64,000 nucleotides of DNA, from positions 1,216,001 to 1,280,000 of the forward strand of contig OZ244991.1 in NCBI GenBank assembly GCA_965223335.1, given 5' to 3'. The notes below the pieces were generated by a model, which saw only the letters and a list, made by a program, of their open reading frames with translations, was not told the DNA's origin and did not search any database. Shown piece after piece: positions 37,957 through 48,396 of the stretch. Origin of the DNA: Thermodesulfobacteriota bacterium (GTDB lineage Bacteria > Desulfobacterota_D > UBA1144 > Nemesobacterales > UBA2774). Every line of letters begins with the position of its first letter. The stretch's first letter is position 1. Position numbers and translations under genes: made by a program.

Positions 37957-38721
37957 TTAGCTGTTCACTGCGGATACGGGCTCTTTTTCCACCCAGCCGT
38001 AGCCCTTTTCCTCAAGCTCGAGTGCAAGCTCTTTACCACCTGACTTTACGATCTGTCCATCGACCAAGACGTGGACGTAATCGGGCACAATGTAATCCAG
38101 GAGTCTTTGATAGTGAGTTATGACAATAAATGCCCTTTCTGGGCTTCGCATCGAGTTTACTCCCTCGGCCACAATCTTGAGCGCATCGATGTCAAGGCCC
38201 GAGTCGGTTTCGTCAAGTACTGCTAGCAAGGGTTCGAGAACCTGCATTTGGAATATTTCGTTGCGCTTTTTCTCGCCACCCGAAAACCCTTCGTTTACGG
38301 CTCTTTTGAGCAGGTTTTCCCCTATATCCATAGATTGAGTTTTTTCTTTGGCCAGCTTGGCGAACTCTACGTGCTTAAGGGGTTCTAGGTCGTTATACTT
38401 GCGCTTTGAGTTAAGTGCCTCTCTAAGTAGATATGTGTTGGCTACGCCCGGTATCTCGACAGGGTACTGAAAGGCCATAAATATGCCCTCGCAGGCGCGC
38501 TCCTCGGGCTCAAGCTCGAGCAGGTCTTTGCCCAGGTACGTGATGCTGCCCTCTGTTACTTCATAAGAGTCCCGGCCTGCTAAGACCTGTGCCAGTGTGC
38601 TTTTTCCCGAGCCGTTTGGGCCCATGATCGAATGGACTTCACCTGCGTTAACCGTAAGGTTCACACCCTTTAGTATTTCCTGTCCCGACACACTGACATG
38701 TAGATTTTTAATCTCAAGCAT
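37957..38721 (-). CDS. sufC: Fe-S cluster assembly ATPase SufC
   Basis: GPNGSGKST, FQYPVEIPGV, NEGFSGGEKKRNE, DETDSGLDID and ITHY.R. Confidence 0.97.
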   Translation of the reverse strand: MLEIKNLHVSVSGQEILKGVNLTVNAGEVHSIMGPNGSGKSTLAQVLAGRDSYEVTEGSITYLGKDLLELEPEERACEGIFMAFQYPVEIPGVANTYLLREALNSKRKYNDLEPLKHVEFAKLAKEKTQSMDIGENLLKRAVNEGFSGGEKKRNEIFQMQVLEPLLAVLDETDSGLDIDALKIVAEGVNSMRSPERAFIVITHYQRLLDYIVPDYVHVLVDGQIVKSGGKELALELEEKGYGWVEKEPVSAVNS

Positions 38722-38779
38722 ATAATTTCTCCTCAGTTCTAATCAATTGTACTGTGTTGTGTGATAATGGCTGGTGTTT

Positions 38780-40216
38780 TTACCCTACACTACCCTCAAG
38801 GCTTATACTAAGAAGTTTCTCGGCCTCGACAGCGAATTCAAACGGCAGTTCCTTAAAAACGTCTTTGCAAAACCCGTTTACTATTAACGACACCGCGTCC
38901 TCTGCCGAAAGTCCCCTCTGCTGACAGTAAAAAATTTGATCCTCACCTATCTTAGACGTCGAGGCCTCGTGCTCCATCTGAGCACTTGAGTTTTTGACCT
39001 CTATATAGGGGAATGTGTGCGCGCCGCATTTGTCCCCTATGAGCATCGAATCGCACTGGGTGTAGTTGCGTGCGGAGCTAGCCTCTTTAGCGATTTGCAC
39101 CAGCCCGCGGTAGGTATTTTGACCCTCGCCCGCCGATATACCTTTTGAAATAATTGTGCTGGTAGTGTTTTTACCTATATGGATCATTTTAGTGCCAGTG
39201 TCTGCCTGTTGCCTTCTATTGGTAAGGGCTACGGAGTAGAATTCCCCGACAGAGTTATCACCCTCTAGGATACAGCTCGGGTACTTCCATGTTATTGCCG
39301 AGCCGGTCTCTACCTGTGTCCAAGAGATATGCGAGTTAGTCCCTACACACCTGCCTCGTTTTGTAACAAAGTTGTATATACCACCCTTGCCCTCGGCATC
39401 GCCGGGGTACCAGTTCTGAATGGTCGAGTATTTAATGGTAGCGTCTTTGTGTGCCACGAGCTCAACAACAGCGGCGTGAAGCTGGTTTTCGTCCCGTTTA
39501 GGGGCGGTGCAGCCCTCTAGGTAGCTAACGTAGCTCCCCTCTTCCGCAATAATTAGGGTTCTTTCGAACTGACCCGTGTTCTCGGCGTTAATTCTGAAGT
39601 AGGTCGATAGCTCCATGGGACAGCGCACGCCTTTGGGCACGTACACAAAAGAGCCGTCTGTAAACACTGCGGAGTTAAGCGCTGCAAAAAAGTTATCGTT
39701 ATGCGGTACGACATAGCCCATGTACTTCTTTATGAGATCAGGGTGCTCTTGGACAGCCTCTGAGATAGAGCAGAATATTACCCCCGCCTCGGCAAGCGTT
39801 TCTTTAAAAGTGGTGATAACCGATACACTGTCGAACACAGCGTCTACAGCCACACCGGCCAACATCTTTTGCTCCTCTAGAGGGATTCCGAGTTTATCGT
39901 ATGTCTCTTTAATCTCCGGGTCGATATCGTCAAGGCTCTTCGGCCTGTCCTGCTCTTTTGGGGCTGCGTAGTAGCTTATGCTTTGGTAATCGATAGGGTC
40001 GTATTTAACATGCTGCCAAGAGGGCTCTTTCATTGAGAGCCAGTGTTTATAAGCATTTAAGCGCCACTCCAGGAGCCACTCGGGCTCGTTCTTTTTGCTC
40101 GATATAAACCTTATAATATCTTCGTTTAGGCCCTTTGGTGCTATCTCTTGCTCAACATCCGTGGTAAACCCGTATTTATATTCCTGTTCTGTGATTTTAT
40201 CTAGATCTACACCCAT
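38780..40216 (-). CDS. sufB: Fe-S cluster assembly protein SufB
   Basis: [40 protein letters not shown] and EHEASTSKI. Confidence 0.97.
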   Translation of the reverse strand: MGVDLDKITEQEYKYGFTTDVEQEIAPKGLNEDIIRFISSKKNEPEWLLEWRLNAYKHWLSMKEPSWQHVKYDPIDYQSISYYAAPKEQDRPKSLDDIDPEIKETYDKLGIPLEEQKMLAGVAVDAVFDSVSVITTFKETLAEAGVIFCSISEAVQEHPDLIKKYMGYVVPHNDNFFAALNSAVFTDGSFVYVPKGVRCPMELSTYFRINAENTGQFERTLIIAEEGSYVSYLEGCTAPKRDENQLHAAVVELVAHKDATIKYSTIQNWYPGDAEGKGGIYNFVTKRGRCVGTNSHISWTQVETGSAITWKYPSCILEGDNSVGEFYSVALTNRRQQADTGTKMIHIGKNTTSTIISKGISAGEGQNTYRGLVQIAKEASSARNYTQCDSMLIGDKCGAHTFPYIEVKNSSAQMEHEASTSKIGEDQIFYCQQRGLSAEDAVSLIVNGFCKDVFKELPFEFAVEAEKLLSISLEGSVG

Positions 40217-40254
40217 TTACTTAAGCCTCCGAAATTCCTATATGCTTCATCATC

Positions 40255-40674
40255 TCAAGACGCAATGTTTGTCTCCTGTCTCTCCAACATGTCCTCTAGT
40301 GTCGTGTCTTCGAGTATTTTTATCATCGATAACTGAACCCTGTCCCATACCGGGAGCTGTGTGCACGAGTCGTGCAGCACACAGATCGAGTCGTTGTCCA
40401 TGCAGTCTACCATCCTTATCTCGCCCTCTATTGCTTCGTATATTTCACGCAAGCTGATCTCACAAGGAGTTTTGCGCAAGGTATATCCGCCTTCGGGGCC
40501 GACCATGGATCTGACCAACCCTTTTTTCACCAGTCTTCGCATGATTTTCGCCAGGTAATTAATAGGTATGTGCTGGCGGTCGGAAATCTCCTTCATACTC
40601 GACTTCCACGATGGCTTAGTCCCCATGTATGTCATGGACCGGACTGCATAGTCTAGAGTTTTGCTTACCTGCAT
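40255..40674 (-). CDS. Rrf2 family regulator (IscR/NsrR-like, three Cys)
   Basis: DYA.R, YL.KIM..L...GLV.S..G..GGY.L and Cx6Cx5C; first gene of the suf operon. Confidence 0.92.
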   Translation of the reverse strand: MQVSKTLDYAVRSMTYMGTKPSWKSSMKEISDRQHIPINYLAKIMRRLVKKGLVRSMVGPEGGYTLRKTPCEISLREIYEAIEGEIRMVDCMDNDSICVLHDSCTQLPVWDRVQLSMIKILEDTTLEDMLERQETNIAS

Positions 40675-40686
40675 AGCTGATTAAAC

Positions 40687-40761
40687 TATTGTGGATATCA
40701 TGCATCCACAATATGTAAATTCCCAGATGGTAAATATTACCAGAAAATAATATACTGTCAA
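40687..40761 (-). promoter_or_regulatory. suf operon promoter and downstream perfect inverted repeat
   Basis: TTGACA(40761)-16-TAATAT with TG extension; TATTGTGGAT-N7-ATCCACAATA at 40687-40713. Confidence 0.65.
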
Positions 40762-40805
40762 TTGCTGTTTTTTTGAGTGTGTTTGAGCCGCATAAACGTT
40801 CAATC

Positions 40806-42611
40806 TTATCTGCTTTCCGGCACGATCTTAAGCGATATCTCTTTATTCCCGCGTAGAATTACAATATCGGTTTCTACTCCCTGTTTGGATTTACGGAGTG
40901 CATATACATAATCATAGATATTGCTTACCTTATGGCCACCTAGGCCTAAGATTACGTCGTCGCTGGTAAGACCTGCCTTTTCTGCCGGACTGCCTCCCTG
41001 TACACCCATAAGTCTAACCCCAGTTTCTGTGCTTGAGTAGTCGGGGATAGTGCCCAAATAGACCTTAAACCTTGCACTCGTGCCCACGGGTGCGTTTGTT
41101 TTGGAATACGCTACACTCAGTTCTCGGGAGCTTAGGTCCTGAATTAAGCTGCTCATAAGCTCGAGCACGCTCTTTTGTCCCCGTGCGTTTATCTTGTGCC
41201 AATCGTCCCCAGGTGTGTGATACTCGCCGTGTAAGCCGGTAAAGAAATGGAGAACGGGTATTTGCTTTGAGTAAAATACCGACTGATCGCTCGGTGCAAA
41301 CGGGGTATCGCTAAGATGGAGTTTAAGCCTTGTGTCTCTATTGGCTTTCAAGAGTAGCTCCTTCCACTGGTCGGACGAGCCGACTCCAAAGACGGTGAGT
41401 TTATTTTTTCTCAACCTGCCTATCATATCCATATTGAGCATCGCCACTGTGTTGTCCAGAGCAAAAAGCGGGTTTTTTACGTAGTGCGAGGCACCCAAAA
41501 GGCCTATCTCTTCGGCCGCAAACGCTATAAAAACTATTGTGAATTTCTGTGTGTTCGCAGGGGAGGAAAAATACTCTGCCAACTCTAACAAGCCCGCAAC
41601 ACCCGAGGCGTTGTCATCGGCACCGTTATGAATCTCGCGTACTCCTTTTTGTCGAGCGCGCGAGCTCTCGCCGCCGAGACCTATATGATCGTAGTGGGCG
41701 CCTATTATGAGCACCCGGTCTTTTAGCCCGGGGTCGCTGCCCTCGATGTACCCCACAACATTGGAGGTCTCGAGCTCTTTATAAACCAGGTCTACAGTAA
41801 ACTCTATGCTGATGTTTTTGATCGGGAATGAAAATGGTTTTTTACCATCGAGCTTTTTTTCAAGTGACTTAAGATCGTAACCCGCAGTGTTAAAAATAGT
41901 GTTTGCCACCCCTGGTCTAAGCAAAAGTGCCCCAACACCCGAGTCGCCAGCCGACATATCGGATAGTATATTGTCGTATTCTCCGCTCGCTTCGTGCTCT
42001 GTGGGTGTTACAAACAGCACTCCCCGTGCACCGTGTTCTCGGGCGTTCATTGCCTTGTAGCGGAGCGAGGAGTATTGATAAAAACGGCTCTCGGGCTCGT
42101 CACCCTCGGGGGAATAACGAAGTACTATCGCTATTTTGTCCTCTACATCCACACCTGTGTAGTCGTCGTACTCTAGTCCCTCGGCCGTAATTCCATAACC
42201 CACAAACACCGCCTCGCCCGATACCTCGCCATTTGTTGAGAACCCGATCGGCATGAAATCGGTCTTGGGGGAGTAGGATTTAGATTTATGTGGGGTTGTT
42301 ATATCCAAAAAATTGTTAAGTCCCATTTGGGGTGCTGAACGGAATGTAAAGCTTTGTAGATAATCACCGTTCTCGTTAAGTGGCTCAAGGCCATAGGACT
42401 CGAACTCAAGGGCTATGTAATCGGCAGCTCTTTCGGCACCTCGGGTACCCGACATCCTACCCCGAAGCTCATCGGAGGCCAGTTCTTTTATGTGTGCGCT
42501 TATCTCCTGTTCGGTGATCTTGGGGTTTGTTTGCGAAAGAGAAGACTCGAAATTAAGCGCCGAGCAGAGTCCAAATATCAATACACCCATAACGATATTG
42601 TATTTGTTCAT
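40806..42611 (-). CDS. Exported M28 aminopeptidase with PA and PDZ domains
   Basis: GAHYDH.G, NGADDNASG, AEE.GL.G, NMDMIGR, SD and YH.P.D, with a C-terminal PDZ (LG.IPDY..GSPAEKAGL). Confidence 0.92.
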   Translation of the reverse strand: MNKYNIVMGVLIFGLCSALNFESSLSQTNPKITEQEISAHIKELASDELRGRMSGTRGAERAADYIALEFESYGLEPLNENGDYLQSFTFRSAPQMGLNNFLDITTPHKSKSYSPKTDFMPIGFSTNGEVSGEAVFVGYGITAEGLEYDDYTGVDVEDKIAIVLRYSPEGDEPESRFYQYSSLRYKAMNAREHGARGVLFVTPTEHEASGEYDNILSDMSAGDSGVGALLLRPGVANTIFNTAGYDLKSLEKKLDGKKPFSFPIKNISIEFTVDLVYKELETSNVVGYIEGSDPGLKDRVLIIGAHYDHIGLGGESSRARQKGVREIHNGADDNASGVAGLLELAEYFSSPANTQKFTIVFIAFAAEEIGLLGASHYVKNPLFALDNTVAMLNMDMIGRLRKNKLTVFGVGSSDQWKELLLKANRDTRLKLHLSDTPFAPSDQSVFYSKQIPVLHFFTGLHGEYHTPGDDWHKINARGQKSVLELMSSLIQDLSSRELSVAYSKTNAPVGTSARFKVYLGTIPDYSSTETGVRLMGVQGGSPAEKAGLTSDDVILGLGGHKVSNIYDYVYALRKSKQGVETDIVILRGNKEISLKIVPESR

Positions 42612-42796
42612 ACCTCAATTAAGTTACCATAGGATCTGGTGGTTGTTGTTGGCTGGTCTCAAATCCTATTTGTAGCCAGCGGGGCTCACATCATAAACCT
42701 GATCTATTAAAAATACTGTAATCAAAGCAAGTTTGCAGATGTATATAAACCATGTAAGACTATTTTGAGTTTTTTGCGCGGAGGCACTGAAATACT

Positions 42797-43576
42797 ATGT
42801 ATCCTGAACTTTTCAAAATAGGCAGTGTATCGATCTCGTCATTTTCGGTGATGGTACTGATCGGGTTTTTGGTAGCCTATAAGTTTGGTGAGATTGAATT
42901 AGAGCGAAAGGGGTTAAACGGTAACCTGGCCGATATACTATTGCTCGCATGTGTGATAGGGGGGCTTGGGGGTGCAAAGCTCTTATTCCTATACCAGCAG
43001 GCCACGTTTGCGGATTTTATGGCTTCACCCAGCAGGTATTTGGCCTCGGGGTTTACTTTTTTCGGTGGGTTGATAGGAGCGCTGGTGCTGATGTGGGCAG
43101 TCGCTAACTACAAGAGAATAAACTTTTTGATAATCACCGATGCCGCGGCCCCGGCGTTGATAATTGCATATGCAATTGGCAGGATTGGGTGTTTACTGGT
43201 AGGGGATGACTACGGTGTGCCGACCGATTTGCCGTGGGGCATTTCATTCCCCGACGGTGCACCACCTACTCTAGATGCCGTGCATCCAACCCAGGTATAC
43301 GACACAATCATAATGACCCTTGTGTTCATTTTTCTTTGGAAAATTCGTAAAAATGCAAGGCCCGTGGGTTGGTTGACTGCTATAACCCTTATAATCCTAG
43401 GTGTGCAGAGGTTTTTGATAGAGTTCATAAGGAGCACTACCCCAAGCTTTATACCGGGGATTTCGCAGGCCCAGGTTATATCGACTCTGTTAGTGATCGC
43501 GGGTTGTGTTATTTTACTATTGGTACGAAGCGGCAGGCTGCAGCCTAAGACTGCCGGTGCCCCTTCGGGTAGCTGA
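42797..43576 (+). CDS. lgt: Prolipoprotein diacylglyceryl transferase
   Basis: MYP.LF..G, G.TF.GG, GRIGC...GD.YG, HPTQ.Y and RF.IEF.R. Confidence 0.9.
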   Translation: MYPELFKIGSVSISSFSVMVLIGFLVAYKFGEIELERKGLNGNLADILLLACVIGGLGGAKLLFLYQQATFADFMASPSRYLASGFTFFGGLIGALVLMWAVANYKRINFLIITDAAAPALIIAYAIGRIGCLLVGDDYGVPTDLPWGISFPDGAPPTLDAVHPTQVYDTIIMTLVFIFLWKIRKNARPVGWLTAITLIILGVQRFLIEFIRSTTPSFIPGISQAQVISTLLVIAGCVILLLVRSGRLQPKTAGAPSGS

Positions 43577-43578
43577 AT

Positions 43579-44904
43579 ATGAGAATAGTTATAATCGGAG
43601 CGGGGCAGGTGGGATCGTTTCTGGCGCGTAATCTCTGTGGGGAGCACGATATAGTTGTAATTGAGAACGACAGGGATACCGCAGAAAAACTAAAAGAGTC
43701 TCATGATGTGCTGATGATTCACGGGAGCGGGGACGACCCCTCGGTGCTTAGACAGGCGCAGGTGGAGGATGCGGATGTGATGCTGGCGGTTTCAGGTGAT
43801 GATCGTACGAACATACTGGCGTCCTCGATATCCGAGTCGTTAGGGGTTAAGAAAATTATAATAAGGATTAGAAACCCCAACTACCTAGAGTACCCCAAAC
43901 TCCTTCAGAAACCCGATATATACACCGTGCATCCGGGTGAGATAATATCTGAGAAAATTACAAGCCTGATGAGCTCGCCCTTTGCCTGGAGGACAGAGTC
44001 GTTCGCCACGGGAAAGATCCAGATGTTTAAGCTCAAGGTAGAGGAACACACTCCTATCGTGGGGAAAAAACTGTCTGAACTCGGCCCTGCAAAGGCGTGG
44101 ATATTTGTTGCCATTTCGCGTCACGGTAAGATCACTATTCCCACGGGGGACACGCGCGTTGCCACAGGGGACTACATATTTGCGCTTGGGGTACCGGACA
44201 TTTTGGACAAACTGCTTGAGCTATTTGGGGTTACCGAAAGCACCGTGAGTTCGGCAGTTGTAGTCGGGGGAGGGCGGATAGGCAGGGGGGTGTCAAAAAA
44301 GCTTACAGAGGGCGGGATAAACGTAAAACTGATTGAGAGTGACCCCGAGAGGGCAAGGATGGCTGCAGAGGAGTTGCCTAAAGCCATAGTGTTTAACGGC
44401 GATGCCACCGACAGTGACACGCTTAAGGAAGCTGGTGTCGATTCGGCGGATTATTTCATTGCACTTACAGGGGACGATGAGAACAACGTTTTCAGTGCAC
44501 TCTTGGCAAATAACTTAGGGGTTAAAAAAACAATAGTGCTATACACTAAACCCGACTACATTGATGTGATAGAAGCAATCGGGGTGGACAGGGCTATTAG
44601 CGTGAGGCTTGCGGTGGCCAATGAGGTGCTTAGCCTGCTACATATCGGAGGGGTGGTGCATGTAGCTCTTGTAGAAGAGGGGAAAGCAGAGGTACTCGAA
44701 TTCGATATAACGGAGAACACCAAGATATTAAATATGCCGCTTAAAGAAGCACATTTCCCCGAGGGTTCGATTGCGGGGATAGTAGTGCGTGAGGATGAAG
44801 TAATAATACCCGGGGGGGATTTTGTGCCAGCACTGGGTGATAGAATAATCGTATTTGCATTACCCAAGGCACTTAAAAAGCTTGAATATATGCTCGGCCA
44901 GTAG
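43579..44904 (+). CDS. trkA: Trk system K+ uptake regulatory subunit
   Basis: Two RCK_N/RCK_C repeats (IIGAGQVG and VVGGGRIG). Confidence 0.92.
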   Translation: MRIVIIGAGQVGSFLARNLCGEHDIVVIENDRDTAEKLKESHDVLMIHGSGDDPSVLRQAQVEDADVMLAVSGDDRTNILASSISESLGVKKIIIRIRNPNYLEYPKLLQKPDIYTVHPGEIISEKITSLMSSPFAWRTESFATGKIQMFKLKVEEHTPIVGKKLSELGPAKAWIFVAISRHGKITIPTGDTRVATGDYIFALGVPDILDKLLELFGVTESTVSSAVVVGGGRIGRGVSKKLTEGGINVKLIESDPERARMAAEELPKAIVFNGDATDSDTLKEAGVDSADYFIALTGDDENNVFSALLANNLGVKKTIVLYTKPDYIDVIEAIGVDRAISVRLAVANEVLSLLHIGGVVHVALVEEGKAEVLEFDITENTKILNMPLKEAHFPEGSIAGIVVREDEVIIPGGDFVPALGDRIIVFALPKALKKLEYMLGQ

Positions 44905-45132
44905 CATCTGAGCTCTTGGGTTTGTTATTAATGGGATTTTTATAAGAGCAAATGATCTAGGTGCGATTTTACTTTCTACAATTCACTACATATGGTAAAA
45001 TTCCTCCGTTTTAACAAGTCAATCCGAATATGTATTTGGTTCTGAAACCATAGTAAAATCAAAAAAACATCGAATATATAATGGATACAGATAAAGTTCG
45101 GGACTTTAGGTTATTGGCTCTAGGCTTAAGAT

Positions 45133-46056
45133 ATGAAAATAATTAACGACCCCACGCTACCATTAGAAGTACCAACGGCTGCTACAATCGGCAACTTTGA
45201 CGGGGTGCACATCGGGCACAAGGAAATAATACAGCACACGATCGAGACAGCTCGGAAAAAGGCGCTCGGTTCGTGCGTGATTACCTTTTACCCCCACCCC
45301 CAGACCGTGCTAAGAAACATCGATGTTCCCCTGCTGTTCCCGATTAGAGAGAGGTATAAGCTCTTGGAGAGGGAGGAGATAGAGCACCTGGTGCGCTTTA
45401 CATTCACAAAGGAGATTGCCTCGATGAGTGCCCGGGATTTTATCTCTCGGATCTTGGTAGACACGCTAAACATAAAGCATTTGACTATAGGCCCTGATTT
45501 CGCATTCGGTAAAAATAGGGAGGGGGATTTTAACCTTCTAAAAACTGTAGGTAAGGAATTGGGGTTTGAGACCGAGGTAGTGGGGCCTGCGCGTGTAGAC
45601 GGCGAGGTAGTGAGCAGCTCGTCAATACGTAAGCTCATAAAGGACGGGGATATGAGGAAGGCTGTGCTTTTTCTAGGTAAAAACTACTACGTGGGCGGTA
45701 ATGTTGTAGAGGGAGAGAAGAGGGGGAGGATAATCGGTTTTCCCACTGCAAACCTGGATACCGATTGGGACCTGTTGCCCAAGCAGGGAGTATACGCAAC
45801 CTACGCCAATATAGGTGATAAAAAGCACAAGAGTATTACAAACATAGGCTACCGCCCAACGTTTCAAAAAAACGAGCTTTTAATAGAGACCCATATTTTT
45901 GAGTTCTCCGATGACATCTACAACCAAAGCATTAACGTTGAGTTCGTCGAGCGTATAAGGGATGAAAAACGGTTTGAGAGTGCCGACGCGCTTGTGGTAC
46001 AGATAACAAAAGATGTACAATGCGTAAAGGAGATACTGTCGACCGACGGCGGATAA
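45133..46056 (+). CDS. ribF: Bifunctional riboflavin kinase/FAD synthetase
   Basis: IGNFDGVH.GH, SSS.IR, GR.IGFPTAN, NIG.RPT, IETH and IR.E..F. Confidence 0.96.
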   Translation: MKIINDPTLPLEVPTAATIGNFDGVHIGHKEIIQHTIETARKKALGSCVITFYPHPQTVLRNIDVPLLFPIRERYKLLEREEIEHLVRFTFTKEIASMSARDFISRILVDTLNIKHLTIGPDFAFGKNREGDFNLLKTVGKELGFETEVVGPARVDGEVVSSSSIRKLIKDGDMRKAVLFLGKNYYVGGNVVEGEKRGRIIGFPTANLDTDWDLLPKQGVYATYANIGDKKHKSITNIGYRPTFQKNELLIETHIFEFSDDIYNQSINVEFVERIRDEKRFESADALVVQITKDVQCVKEILSTDGG

Positions 46057-46077
46057 AAATCCCGAGGGCCTATTACA

Positions 46078-46926
46078 TTGAACGTAACCTCGAGTACCGA
46101 TATATATTGCATTTTTGGGCACCCGGTTGGGCATAGCCTCTCGCCCAGGATGCATAATAATGGATTCCGGGCCGCGGGCCTTGACTGTGTTTACGTTGCG
46201 TGCGATGTGCCGCCCTCAGACCTGGCCACAGCAGTCTCAGGACTTGTGCCCCTTGGGGTAAAAGGGGTGAATGTCACTATCCCACATAAGGTAGAGATAA
46301 TGCAGTACCTGGACGAGGTCACGCGGGATGCGGAGCTTACAGGTGCGGTTAACACGATTAAAAACGAGGGGGGCAGGCTTGTAGGTTATAACACGGACGT
46401 CCCCGGGTTTCTGAGAGCGCTTAAGACTGATCTGGATTTTGATCCTAACCACAAAAACGTTTTGTTGATAGGAGCCGGGGGGGCTGCAAGGGCGGTTGTT
46501 ACGGCTGTGTGTTCCAAGGGTGCATCGTCTGTGCAGATTGCGAACAGGACTTTACAGAAGGCACAAGAACTGGCCGGGGAGTTCGGAGGGCATTTCCCCG
46601 ATGTGAAACTCTCGTCTGTGGCATTGGATGCAACAGATGAGCTCAAAAATGCATTATCAATGGCAGATATAATAGTTAATTCGAGCTCGATGGGTATGGA
46701 GGGTGAGGGGGAATTAGATATAGATCTAGAAGAGTTAAATCCGAACGCAGTAATATACGATTTGGTATATAAGCCGCGCGAGACCGATCTTGTAAAGAGT
46801 GCGCGTGAGCTAGGGCATAGGGCAGCCGGGGGTTTGAGCATGCTCCTTTATCAGGGTGCCGAGAGTTTTACTATATGGACCGGGGTCGATGCCCCGATAG
46901 ATGCCATGCGAGACGCCCTCGAATAG
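46078..46926 (+). CDS. aroE: Shikimate dehydrogenase
   Basis: G.PV.HSLSP.MHN, NVTIPHK, GAVNT, NTD, GAGGAA, D.VY.P..T and ML.YQG. Confidence 0.95.
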   Translation: MNVTSSTDIYCIFGHPVGHSLSPRMHNNGFRAAGLDCVYVACDVPPSDLATAVSGLVPLGVKGVNVTIPHKVEIMQYLDEVTRDAELTGAVNTIKNEGGRLVGYNTDVPGFLRALKTDLDFDPNHKNVLLIGAGGAARAVVTAVCSKGASSVQIANRTLQKAQELAGEFGGHFPDVKLSSVALDATDELKNALSMADIIVNSSSMGMEGEGELDIDLEELNPNAVIYDLVYKPRETDLVKSARELGHRAAGGLSMLLYQGAESFTIWTGVDAPIDAMRDALE

Positions 46927-47028
46927 TTGGTTCCTACTCCATACAACTGTCTAATAGGTTAGTAATCCCCACTCAGCTGTGGGATAATGTATCTGTATCG
47001 CAAACAAATTAGGAGGACTATTGTAGAG

Positions 47029-47301
47029 ATGAAGGTATCGAGCCCTGCAGGTGACTTTGATATAACTATAAATGAATCGAGTGTTGAGGGAGACAAGATT
47101 GTACTGAGTGGGCAGATGGGGGTATGGGACTCAAAAATTTATCTTAGTCCGGGCGATATCTGGCTGTTTGCATCAATTTTTCTAAGCCCTGCCGTTATAC
47201 TATTTATACTCAAACTGCCGTTTCGCTCTCTACTGGGATCCCCTAATGATAAAAATGAACCGGAAAAAGATGAGAGCAAAACCGATAGTGACGAAGAGTA
47301 A
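47029..47301 (+). CDS. Small hypothetical protein with hydrophobic C-terminal segment
   Basis: ORF 46987..47301. AGGAGG at 47011 favours the ATG at 47029. Confidence 0.7.
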   Translation: MKVSSPAGDFDITINESSVEGDKIVLSGQMGVWDSKIYLSPGDIWLFASIFLSPAVILFILKLPFRSLLGSPNDKNEPEKDESKTDSDEE

Positions 47302-47337
47302 TATGTGTATATAGATTAACCTGTATAGTGTTTGGTT

Positions 47338-48315
47338 TTAGTGATCTACAAAAGCAGATCTGTTTACGAGATGTTTGGGAATCCCCCCGCCAAGAGCTGT
47401 GACCACGCTCTCAATTGCCATGTCGGACATCCTTATCCTTGTTTCCAGAGAGGCGCTGCCGATATGGGGTACCAACACACAGTTGGATAGTTTGATAAGT
47501 TCGGGATCTACGGCGGGTTCGTTTTCGTAAACGTCAAGACCCGCCCCCCATATAACCCCTTCCTTTAAAGCTTGTGCGAGCTCGTTTTCCTTGATTATGG
47601 GCCCCCGGCCGATATTTACGATAACGGCACTATGTTTCATACGCTTAAACTCATCGAGGCCGAATCGCCCATGGGTCTCGTTGTTTAGAGGGGCTGTGAT
47701 TACTATAAAATCGGAGCGGGTCAATAACTGGTCGAAATCAATAAGCCGGGCCCCGAGCTCTTTTTCGGCTGTGAGATTGGGGGTCCTGTTATTGTAAACA
47801 ATCTCCATATTAAAACCCACCGCGCGTTTAGCCACGGCGGTGCCGATGCGACCCATGCCGTAAATACCTAGGGTTTTTTTGTGTATGTTGTGTCCCAAAA
47901 GCAGTGTGGGAAGCCAGCAGGAAAACTCGCCGCTTCTAACGTAGTTATCGGCCTCTACGATCCGTCTGCCGATGCTTAGCATAAGGGCCCAGGCCAGGTC
48001 GGCTGTGGTCTCGGTAAGCACGCCAGGTGTATTAGTGACCATTATCCCTCGGTTGCTGGCCTCTTTTACGTCAATGTTCTCGTGGCCGACACCGCAGTTG
48101 GAGATGATCTTTAGCCCCGGGGATGAGTCCATAACGGTTCGGTCTATGGAGTCTGATACCATTGTGATCAGTGCATCTGCATCCCGGGCCCTCGCAATCA
48201 GCTCATCGGTAGCTATTACCGAAGGCTCTCGATACACGTCTACGCTGTAGTCTTTTTGTAGAAGCGATGTCCCTTCGCCGGGGAGCTCTGCGGTTATAAA
48301 TATGTTTTTGCTCAT
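47338..48315 (-). CDS. D-2-hydroxyacid dehydrogenase (glyoxylate reductase/D-glycerate dehydrogenase type)
   Basis: NTPGVLTETTADL, G.GRIG, N.GRG, GLDVYE.EP and PHIGSA. Confidence 0.92.
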   Translation of the reverse strand: MSKNIFITAELPGEGTSLLQKDYSVDVYREPSVIATDELIARARDADALITMVSDSIDRTVMDSSPGLKIISNCGVGHENIDVKEASNRGIMVTNTPGVLTETTADLAWALMLSIGRRIVEADNYVRSGEFSCWLPTLLLGHNIHKKTLGIYGMGRIGTAVAKRAVGFNMEIVYNNRTPNLTAEKELGARLIDFDQLLTRSDFIVITAPLNNETHGRFGLDEFKRMKHSAVIVNIGRGPIIKENELAQALKEGVIWGAGLDVYENEPAVDPELIKLSNCVLVPHIGSASLETRIRMSDMAIESVVTALGGGIPKHLVNRSAFVDH

Positions 48316-48396
48316 GTCAGTGAGTCATGGCAACAAATCTCGGTTATGCAGCAGAATATGAGCATTGCAATACAACAATATACGGGTGCGGCAAAC

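Noticed and set aside
47302..47315. TATGTGTATATAGA resembling the MarR palindrome
   Set aside because: Only a partial match, lying between convergent gene ends.
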